A DNA stretch of 64,000 nucleotides, taken from NCBI GenBank assembly GCA_973851085.1, contig OZ316776.1, positions 13,144,001 to 13,208,000 of the forward strand, read 5' to 3'. The translations under genes were made by a program, and so were the position numbers. The notes below the pieces were generated by a model. It was not told where the DNA came from. It saw nothing but the letters and a program-made list of their open reading frames with translations, and ran no database searches. Below are positions 50,901 through 61,155 of the stretch, in pieces; the first letter of the stretch is position 1, and every line of letters begins with the position of its first letter. The DNA is from Ptychomitrium polyphyllum (Eukaryota).

Positions 50901-52749
50901 AATAAAGTTCAACTTTTGTGTGTGCAAAGAGAAGAGTATAAGATGACTTCCGAGTCTTGTGCTTATGCTAAGTTGGTAGAAGAGGGGGAAGAAACATGTG
51001 AAACCAAGTTGGAAAGGCCAAGTAATGGGGATCAAGGCTGGGAAGAGGAATGGTTAAAACCATAAAACCTCTTAGTCTCGGGTTTGTCCGGGCAAGGACA
51101 AAGTAATGGTGCATGCTTATAAAAGCACCACTCCTACAAACTAACAAAAGTTAGTGCATGGGAGTCATGAATCCATGTCTCAAAAGAGATAGTGGGATCC
51201 AGGTTGGGTGGAACTTAGCACTACCCTCGTACGATTGAGTTGGGGAATAAAAGCCACCTTGGGTTTGCAACCAAGACAAGTTGGTGAAGCATCGAGGTTC
51301 ACCCTAGTCAAGAAAGTAGACTTAGGGAAGTGTAGCCTAACTGGGGAGTTTATCTCAAGAGGGTCTCAAAGTAGGTAGATCTAAAGTAGTTTAGGGCCCC
51401 AAAGATTTTTGTCTCGGGTGCCTAAATAAACCACTTCCTAAACGACACCTTTGAGACTTTGCCAAAGATTTATGAGTGCATTGTGGGGGTCGCACCCTGG
51501 ATGAAACACAATGCTGCACTATTAGAAAGTGGCAACTTTGGAATTGATGTGCCGACTACAAGTATAGACGACAAAGGGAACGACTCCATCAAGGTGGAGG
51601 TGAGTGTCGCGCACCTCTCTTTGAAGAGTGCCCGCAATACTAAGGGCACAAGGGGGACTCCAGAGTGACATCCGGGACTTGTGGCACCGATAGTGAGAGG
51701 AACCGAGTGGATCTATCGTGGGAAAGATCCATAGGGGGAGAAACATCCTTGCTCATGTAGACCAAGGGCCACAAGGGATAAATTATTGGCATTGGAGGAA
51801 TCACGAAGAGTTGATTGTGGAATGCTAAAGATTGCTCAAATCGGACAAGCAAGCTAAAAGATATAGCATTCCAGAGTTGGGGTTGCCAAGGGGTTGTTTT
51901 GGACTGTGGCAGCCCTATATAGTGACTGTACTGGACTAGGACAGTCCAGGGAGGGACTTCCCGGGAGTCCCGAACCTTGGAAGAGGCATATCTCCCAGAA
52001 TACTAAGTCAAATTGGACGTTTGAGGAGTCTAACAACATCTACGCAAAGAGTACACAATGATAGAGTGGTTGCTTGATAGCTTTGGACACCGGACATAGA
52101 AGATATGGCTCCCTGAAGGCCCGCAAGGAGTTCCGGAGGCTTCCAGCGGCTAAGTCCCAAGGGAGATCGGGTGGTCTTCCAAAACTTTGGGTGTGTCGGG
52201 GTCAGCCAGCTATAGAGGGCCAGGTAGCCTGCCAAATCCCACAAAGAGTACTATAGGGGAGGGCTGGTCCCCCTCCCCATTCCTCTAGTGTCTCAGTAGG
52301 AACCAAGGGTGAGCCCCGGTTGGTAGAGCTAGTGTTAGGGACTTCACCACAGAGACTTCCACACCATTATGAGCCGGTAGACGACCGGTTTTACAAAGGA
52401 AACTAGTGAGATCAAGAGGGCACGCTTGTTACCACTAAGTTGAAATTGTGTTTTTACGTCGGCACCATGATCACCCAGGGTGATCTTAGGATCACATGGG
52501 AATCATGAGTAGTGATGAGGAGACACCACTAAGTGCGGTTAGGCCGTGTGAAATGGGAGTAACACCAAGTGAGGCCTTGGACATGAATGGAAGTCCACAC
52601 CTAACCATTGGCTACCAATCAATTGGATGTCCTAAGAGAAATGGTAGAGGGACTTGGAATGTGAGAATGGAGGATAACCATGTGCATGTGGGGATGTACA
52701 GGATTGACGCGCGTAACGCTTGTTAAGGTACATTACTAGGGTTGCAACA
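44988..52749 (+). mobile_element. Near-complete Ty3/Gypsy chromovirus B (Galadriel-like), no matching TSD
   Basis: LTRs 44988-46134 and 51605-52749 (TG...CA); PBS TGGTATCAGAGC 46137-46148; purine tract before 51605; flanks CGAGG / CATCG. Confidence 0.92.
46187..50814 (+). pseudogene. gag-pol of element B (gag, zinc knuckle, PR, RT, RNase H, integrase, chromodomain) with one premature stop and one frameshift
   Basis: [97 protein letters not shown]. In-frame TAG 48884-48886; frameshift near 49550-49567. Confidence 0.93.
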
Positions 52750-54238
52750 CATCGTCCATGAGCTCTAGCAGTTTTATGCAAAAACTTAAATTAGGACCAC
52801 AAGTGGTTCAGGAATCCTAGCTCCTCAGCACTCTCTACCTTCCAACGCTTCGTCTAGTTGAGTTTCCTTAACTTCCTCGGTGATTCCAATGTCATTCCCT
52901 TGCTCATTGGAATCAAAGGATGGAGCTTCATTGACTGGATTGGGGTCTTTATTTACCCTTGTGCGTACTTGTTTAGAGGCCCCTGGCTCTCCGCCATTAC
53001 CAACCTTCTTCTAACCCGTTGCTTCTTTACAACGTAGTATTTGGATACTCAAAGCCTGCTCTAATACCAAATGTTATAACTCTTGTAATTCACCTTAACA
53101 AACGTCACTCACGTCAACCCTGTACACCTCCACATGCACATGGATAACCCCCATTTTCACTCTCCAAGTCCCAAGCTTGGTTTCCAATTCTTTCTATTAT
53201 TTCTCTTAGGACACCTAATTGATTGGTAGCCAATGATTAGGTGCGGACTTCCATTCATGTCCAAGGCCTCACTTGGTGTTACTCCCATTCCACACGACCT
53301 AACCGCATTTAGTGGTGTCTCTTCACCACCACTCATGATGCCCATATGATCCTAAGATCACTCTGAGCCATCATGGTGCCGGCGTAAAGACACCACCCCA
53401 ACTTAGTGGTAACAAGCGTGCCCTTTTCATCTCACTAGTTTCCTTCATGAAACCGGTCATCCATCGGCTCACAATGGTCTGGAAGTCTCCGTGGTGAAGC
53501 CCCCAACACTAACTCCACCAACCAGGACTCATCCTTGGTTCCTACCGAGACACTAGGGAAGTAAGGAGGAGAACCAGCCCTCCCCTATAGTACTCTTTAT
53601 GGAATTCAGCAGGCCTCCCTGGCCCTCTGTAGTTGGCTGAATTGCGACATACCAAAAACTTTGGAAGACCACCCGATCTTCCTTGGGACTTAGCCGCTGG
53701 AAGCCTCCGGAACTCCCTGCGGAACTTTAAGGAGCCATATCTTCCACGTCTAGTGTCCAAATCTATCAAGCAACCTGTCTATTGTCATTTATTCTTTGCA
53801 TAAATGTCAATAGACTCCTCAAATGTCTAGTTTCACTTAGTATTCTAGGAGATATGCCTTTCTCAAGGTTTGGAATTCTCAAGGAGCTCCTCCGTGCTTT
53901 GTCCCAGTTCAGCACAATTATAGTCTAGGGCTGCCACAGTCTAGAACAGCCTCTTGGCAGCCCCAATTTTGGAATGCCGTATCTTTTAGCTTGCTTGTCC
54001 AATTTGAGCAATCTTTAGCATTCTAGAATCAACTTGTCATGAGTACTCTAATGCCTACAATTTATCCCTTGTAGTCCTCGGTCTACATGGGCAAGGATGT
54101 TTCTCTCCCTCGGGGTCCCGTTCACGCTAGGCCTACTCGGTTCACCTCACTATCGGCGCCACAAGTCCCGGACGTCACTTTGGGATTTTCCTTGTGCCCT
54201 TAGTTTTGTGTGCACTTCTAAAAGATAAATGAGGGACA
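52750..54238 (-). mobile_element. Truncated Gypsy element C: LTR 53072-54238, PBS and start of gag, in inverted orientation to A
   Basis: ORFs 53157-53345 and 53542-53769 are identical to 44622-44810 and 44198-44425; 52750-52979 matches the gag start of B (46226-46470) in reverse. Confidence 0.9.
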
Positions 54239-55515
54239 TTAAGCATAGTATAAATGGCAAAGATTGGTTTATCTATTGGCGCTCTTATGAATGACTTATC
54301 ATTAATAAATGATTGTCGAAGATTTCTTGTACTTTGACATCTTTTCCTTAAAATCACCTTCCAGAAATGCTAAATGCAAGAAATTATCTGTTAATAACTT
54401 TAACAAGTGCGGGATGTTTTTTGTTCACAAGCGCGATGTAGTGTTTTGTTGTAAAATCCTTATTAATGAAGCATGATGCTGCACCGGTGTCCAGAAGAGC
54501 TTCATTAATTATTTTATCATCTAACAATTTGATTTTGATAGGAAATATAAAGTAAGAGGTAGGGGTTGGAGATAGTAAGATACCTTGATTTGATGGTTGT
54601 TTCTTTGTGGTGTCCAATTGCATGGTCCCTAATGTGATTGGACAACCATATTTTCCAACTGCACCATAATATTTTGAGCCTTAAAAGCATATTCTTTGAT
54701 TTGGCAATTGCGCACTTTATATCCAAATTTGCCACAATACAAATATAGGTTTCTTCTATGACGCCTATTTTCCTTCCAGAGCCAAATGTCTAAACTAGGC
54801 AGCATCAATTTGCTTAAATGATGAATTTGTCTGAGGTTTCAACCTTTGGCATTGTGAATAGTAAGTCCTTCACATTTTTTCTCAGGCCCTATCAGAATTG
54901 CATGACCAAAGCCTTATCATTCCAATCAAGATCGTAAGCTAGTTGTTAAAATTTTGTAGCACATGTAGCAACCGAGCGCTATCTTTGTTGTAGATTCTGA
55001 ATCTTTTTATATAATCACCCTCTTTTAGTTGATGTTTCCAATACTAAATGTCAATGGTTCTATGAAAACATCTAAGTTGTTCAATAATGGTGGCTGCTTC
55101 TCCATTAATGGTGCAAACCACAATAGTGCATTGTTTAGCAGAATAATGGTTACAAATTCTACTTAAGTAGTGCCATCAAAATAACAAGATTGATGCAAAC
55201 CAAGGAAGAGCCTCACTTGTTGAACAAAAGCTCTCAGTTTTAATCTTGTTCCATCGAACTTGTCTGGCATGCTAATCTTTGGCTCTGCATAGTTTTGACA
55301 TAAGTCTTCTCTTCTAATATTGACCTCTTGCAATCAAACAACCTCTTGATATAGACTTTGAATATCGTCATTGAATTCTTTAGCTTGCCAAGTGTGTTGC
55401 TCTAAATTGTTGATGGTATTGAAGCAATTAAGTTCCGTTGGAACTATATTTAATAATATCTTGAAGGTCTGCAATACTTGCAAACCTATTCTTTGATGTT
55501 TTAGACACGTCATCA
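54239..55515 (-). pseudogene. Tcn1-like gag and protease (decayed)
   Basis: PKISMPDKFDGTR..ALLWFAPLME (gag); YCGKFGYKVRNC (decayed zinc knuckle); ALLDTGAASCFINKDF (aspartic protease). Confidence 0.85.
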
Positions 55516-56250
55516 TTTGTTTCAGATTTTCAAAGACAAAAAGACTATGAATATCTTCAAAGGAAAGTAATCCGCGTCCTTTAAAAGATTAATCATTTTT
55601 CAAAAGAAGTAATACTTGTTGTTAAAAGAAGAAACCAATTTATGGTGTTAGCTTACAAGAGGGTAATCCGCAACCTCTAAGATGCTATGGAATCTTAAAG
55701 AAGATAGTTAGTCTACTATCTTCTTCAAAGAACCTTAACTCTGACAAAGATGGAAGGTAATTTCATCAAACTTTTAGAGATATAAGAAACAAGAAGCATA
55801 AACGAAGTATTTCCCAAGAATTTGCTTCCAAAGAGCTAATAATCAACAAGAACTAATACAAAGACTAAAGTAAGGCAGGATACAATATAATCCACAATTT
55901 ATATTGGCAAGACCAAGAAACACCTTGTCTTGTCTCCTATTTATACTAAGACATTTGTATCTCCTAGGATATTTCTAAAGAAGCTTTCTACAAGGCTTAA
56001 GAATGTTTTAGAAGTCTATAGAACCTTCCCGTGAAGTTTTTCCAAGATGTTGGAACCTTCTTTGGAAATTTTCCAAGGTGGTAGAACCTTCTTAGAAAGT
56101 TCCCTAAGGTGGTGGAATCTTCTTAGGAAATTTTTCAAGGAGGTGGAAACGGCTATGGAAACATTGAAAGTATTAGAAGAAGCTATTATAATATACTAGA
56201 AGGTTTTAGAAGGTTCTAAAGACTATGTTGTACGGTCTATGTCCGTAACA

Positions 56251-59200
56251 CAAAGTGTGTGTTTACTTTGGTTATTGTGAAGGTAAAAAGGCGTAGAGAC
56301 TAAATTGCATGAAGAACAAGAAGAGCACTAAGAATTATGATGTTGAGTTCTTGGAACACAAGAATGCTTGCAAGTACTTGGGGATGTGTTCAAATGGAAG
56401 TAAAGGTTTGATTATGGACACATTTTCCACTTCAGTAAAGGAAAAAGATGGAGGTGTAGATGGAGGTGAAGGATTAAGGGAAGGTGATAAGAAGGCAACT
56501 TCTACCTTTAAGATTAACAAAGGAGCGTCATAAGATGATGGTGAACATTATCCTTTAACTGAAGAGGCACAATCTCTAAGTGAAAGGAAAGTTGGAATAT
56601 TACAAGAAGACAGGCCTCTAATAAGTAGTAGGAGGCATTCTACAAAAGAAAGAAGCCACTTAAACAGTGGAAGAACCACATTTTTTCCAAGTGAATGCAA
56701 AACATGCCAATATTGCCTTCATTATTGATTACTTAACCTTGTGCAATGCTTTGAAGTCCACAGATGCCATGAAGTGGAAGAAAGCCATGGAAAAGGAATA
56801 CAAGTCACTCATAGAAAATGGCACGTGGGACTTGACTCATCTTCCTCCAAGTTGTTCTTCCATAGGTTACAAGTGGGTGTTTAGGACCAAGAGGGATGTT
56901 TCGGATGCAATTGTGCGACACAAGGCAAGATTAATCATTAAAGGCGCTCTCAAATTGCTGGTATCAATTTCAATGAGACATTTGTGCATGAGGCCAAGTT
57001 CACCACCATTAGCCATAGCAGCAGCAATGGACTTGGAAATCCACCAGATGGATGTGAAGATGACCATTTTGAATGAAGACTTAGAAAAAACATCCACATA
57101 GAGCAACCTCTAGGATTTGTGCATGAAGGCTTGGAGCACCTTGTTTGCAGGTTGAAAAAGGTCTTATATGGGCAGAAGCAATCATTAAGGGCATGGTACC
57201 AACCCATGGATGCATTCTTTAGGAAGAAAGGGTTTGTGAAAAGTGAGGCGGATCATTCCTTGTATGTGATGCAAACCATGGATTTTTTATTGATTGTGAT
57301 TTTGTATGTAGATGACTTGATTATATTGGCCAACCTCTTAGAAAAGCTAAAGTGGCTAAATGCCAAACTAGAGCAAGAATTTGATATGAGTGATTTAGAC
57401 GAGCTACACTATTATGAAGAATTGTGCAAAGAAGACCATCACCATGAGCCAAAGATAGTACGTAGAAGAAGTATTGCAATAATTCAATATAAAAGACTAC
57501 AAGCTAGTAGGAACGCCTTTGGAAGCCAACTTGAAGTTGATAAAGGTAACTAATGAAGAGTTTGCGTAAGTGAAGGGCAAAATGCAAGGAGTTCTATACA
57601 AGGCAAGAGTTGAATCCCTCATGTATACCATAGTTGGCACAAGATTTGATCTTGCGTTTATAGTAAGTATTGTGAGCCAACACATATCAAGAGCTGATTC
57701 TAGGCATAGGACATATAATCAAGAGGATCATGAGATACTTGAAGAGCACATTGGACTTTGTATTGTGCTTGGGAGATAACAACATTAAGTTGTAAAGGTT
57801 TCCTGATTTGGATTAGGCTAAAGATACCAATGACAGGCGCTCTACAACAGGTGTCGCAACCTTTGCAATGCACCTTAGCAAGCGTCATGCGCGTCAACCC
57901 TGTACACCCCCACATGCACATGGTTAACCCCCATTCTCACTTTCCAAGTCTTTCTACCATTTCTCTTAGGACACCCAATTTATTAATAGCCAATGGTTAG
58001 GTGCGGACTTCCATTCATGTCCAAGGCCTCACTTGGTGTTACTTCCATTCCACACAGCCTAACCGCACTTAGTGGTGTCTCCTCACCACCACTCATGATG
58101 CCCAAGTGATCCTAAAATCACCCCGGCCATCATGGTGCCGCGTGAAGACACCACCCCAATTTAGTGGTAACAAGCGTACCCTTTTGAACGTGCTAGTTCC
58201 CTTCGTGAAACCGGCCGTCCACCGACTCACAATGGTGTAGGAGTCCCCGTGGTGAAGCCCCAACACTAGCTCCACCAACCGGGACTCACCCTTGGTCTCT
58301 ACTGGGACACTAGGGGAGTGGGGAGGGGGACCAACCCTCCCTTTGTAGTACTCTCTGTGGGATTCGGCAGGCCCCCTGGCCCTCTGGAGCTAGCTGAACC
58401 CCGACACACCTAGAGTTTTGGAAGACCACCCGATCCCCCTTGGGACTTAGCCGCTGGAAGCCTCCGGGACTCTCAGCGGACCTTCAGGGCGTCATATCTT
58501 CCTCATTTGGTGCCCGAATGTATCAAGCGACCACTCTATCGTCATCTACTCTTTGCGTAGATGCCGATAGACTCTTCAAACGTCCGATTTGAGTTAGTAT
58601 TGTGGGAGATACGCCTCTCCCAAGGTTCGGGACTCCCGAGGAGTCCCTCCCTGGACTATCCCACTCCAGCACAGTCACTGTGTAGGGCTGCCACATTCCA
58701 GAACAGCCCTTTGGCAACCCCAACTTTGGGGTGCCATAACTTTTAGCTCCCATGTCCGATTTGGGCAATCCTTAGCATTCTAGAATCAGCTCTTCATGAT
58801 TCGTTTAATGCCCACGATTTATCCCTCGTGGCCTTCGATCTACATGGGCAAGGATGTTTCTCCCCCTAGGGGTCTTTCCCATGTTAGGCCCACTCGGTTC
58901 TCCTCACTATCGGCGCCACAAGTCCCGGACGTCACTTCGGGGTCCCCCTTGTGCCCTTAGTGTTGCGGGCACTCCTCAAAGAGAGGTGCGCGACAACAGG
59001 TTATGTGTTTTTTTGTTGGAATGGGAGCCATTTCTTGGAATTACAAGAAACAACCCACAATTCCAAGGTCAACCATGGAAGTAGAGTAAATGGCAGCAAG
59101 TCATGGTACAATGGAGGTAATGTAGCTAAGGCAACTCATAGAAAATGTTAGACTTGTACAAGTGAATGTAATGCCTATCATTTGTGATAATCAAGGATGT

Positions 59201-59410
59201 TTTATATTTGTCAAGAATCCCAAGCATCACTCATAAACAAAACACATCGACATTCAACATCGCTTCATAAGAGAGGAGATTGAAGATGGAGTGATATATA
59301 TGAAGTATTGTGCAACAAAGGATATGCATGTTGATTTGTTCACAATAGCATAAATGAACGATAGACAATCTAGTTGACAAGGTCAATTGGATTGAAGGTT
59401 CTTTGACCAA
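56251..59410 (+). pseudogene. Copia integrase C-terminus, RT and RNase H (decayed; interrupted by a solo LTR at 57852-58995)
   Basis: WKKAMEKEYKSLIENGTWDL, KWVFRTK..RHKARL, HQMDVK, LKKVLYGQKQSLRAWY, LYVDDL; DRRSTTG|YVFF rejoined across the solo LTR; KHIDIQHRFIRE near 59240. Confidence 0.9.
57852..58995 (-). mobile_element. Solo LTR of the Galadriel-like family within Copia RNase H
   Basis: TG...CA ends; perfect TSD ACAGG at 57847-57851 and 58996-59000; homologous to LTRs A, B and C. Confidence 0.93.
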
Positions 59411-60807
59411 TAGCAAAGTGGAAGTGTTGAAAAATGTGAAGGTTAAAAAATCATCCTAGTTGAATTTTCTAGGTTTATGACTTGAGCTTCGTAGCTTGCT
59501 AATGGTCAAAGGAATATCAAAGAAGAATCTATAGAGGATATGGAGGCTAGGATTTTTAAAAAGCAATTAGAATTTTGTGTGGCAATATGGGTTAAGGCAA
59601 TGGTTAGGATTTGACTGCCTTCAAGTACCTTTCTCACTACATAAGTAAACGTATTGGAAGTAAGAGTTATCTTGCTCTACACTTTTTTTGTTGCAACCTT
59701 ACTCTTTTCTTGCTTATTGTATTATTTTTGTTACGTTTCTTCAATACCAACATCTTCAATTTTGACTTACTTCTTCTAATGATACAAGTGGTCTTATCTT
59801 ATGTTGCATTGCACTACATATATGGTCCATGGAAGCAATTCTTTTGAACATCTCTGAGAAAACCAACATTTGCAGCAAGTAAGGGGCATATAAAAATATG
59901 AAATGTTTACTTTTTATAATACCAATGTAATGTGATACAAGAATAGAGCCTTCACATCTTTCTCCACTACATAACTGACTCTGTATTTTGCTAATGTTTG
60001 ATGAGGTTTAAGTGTAATTAGCATCAAAAATGACGGCAATTATGAGCTTTAGCAAAGAGCATGCAAGGCATGAATGGATTATATTTTAATTCTTAGTGGG
60101 TGTTAATCAGCCAAGCTTGTGTTGGCTTACGATTTTTTTAATATGTATTTTCTTTTCTAGCTTGGTTTATTTTCAAATCCAATAACAATATTCTTACATA
60201 AATTTTAATAATAAAAGAAAAATAAATAAATAAATTTCGAAAACAATTCAAAGAATTAGATTTTATAAAACATCTTTTTCAACATCTTAAAATTATGTCC
60301 ATATGAGATGTAACAAAAGTATAGAGGTACTTTTAGGCCTTCAATATGATCATTTTATTGTATGGTGCAATTTATGAAATATTATGTAGTCTTTATGAAT
60401 ACTTATGATAGATAATAATAAATCCAAAACACATAATATATTAAATCATTTTCAGTACAATTTTTTTTAATTAATATGTCATTTAATTTTTATCAATAAA
60501 TTGAACTGAAGCACAAGAGTTAACAAGCTTGCTAACATTGGATCAAATTGGAAAGTATCCATTTTTGTAGTAGAAAAAAAATTATAAAAGTTATAGATAG
60601 CCATACAATATTTTTGTGATAATCAAAGTTAATCTTGCACTATTAAAGTAAAAAAATGATAAAATGATCTATTAAATACAACTTTTTTACTTATATTTTT
60701 CAATATATTCTTTCTATAAATAATAGTGCATTGAAGCACTTTTGATTTAAAAGAGCAAATTGGCAAATTTTGAGCACTTAAGGCATACCAAAATCTAGCT
60801 TGGAAAA

Positions 60808-61155
60808 GTTTTAGAAACTTTAAAAACATGAAAGTAGACATAGAAGCAATTTCAAAAATTGGTCTTTAAATTTATAATAAATAATAAGAATTAATGCAAG
60901 AGTTAGAATTAAAGCAACACTATAGATATGCTCTACAACTTATATTAGTAAGGCTAAGGTGTACCTCATTTTGCCTTTGATTTATAGCATGAAGCCTATG
61001 TTTCTTAAAATACTTATAAAAAGGCTTTATACTAAGCTGTAGAATGTTTTAGAAGACTATGGAATCTTCTCAAGAAGTTTTTAAGAAAAGTAAAAAGTTA
61101 TGGAAGCTATTAGAAGGTTTTTGAAGATTATGTCGTGTGATGTATGTTCAAGATA
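60808..61155 (-). mobile_element. Highly decayed solo-LTR relic of the Tcn1-like family
   Basis: ACAACTTATATTAG..GAATGTTTTAGAAGACTATGGAATCTTCTCAAGAAGTTTT..GAAGCTATTAGAAGGTTTT aligns colinearly with LTR 55772-56250; boundaries approximate. Confidence 0.65.

Larger units (their letters stand above)
40779..56250 (-). mobile_element. Ty3/Gypsy chromovirus (Tcn1-like) inserted in the Copia integrase
   Basis: TSD CAAAG at 40774-40778 and 56251-56255; LTRs 55772-56250 and 40779-41296(+41943-41948); minus-strand gag, protease, integrase and chromodomain remnants. Clade assignment is inference. Confidence 0.87.
38052..59746 (+). mobile_element. Old Ty1/Copia LTR retrotransposon, outermost layer of the nest
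   Basis: Diverged LTRs 38052-38355 and 59425-59746; TSD CCAAC at 38047-38051 and 59747-59751; PBS GGTTATGGGCCC at 38356; purine tract before 59425; domain order gag-PR-INT-RT-RH. Confidence 0.9.

Noticed and set aside
44198..58768. Recurring short ORFs such as MGIMSGGEETP.. and MIDLDTRRGR..
   Set aside because: They recur only because the same LTR occurs five times; stops and frames vary among copies.
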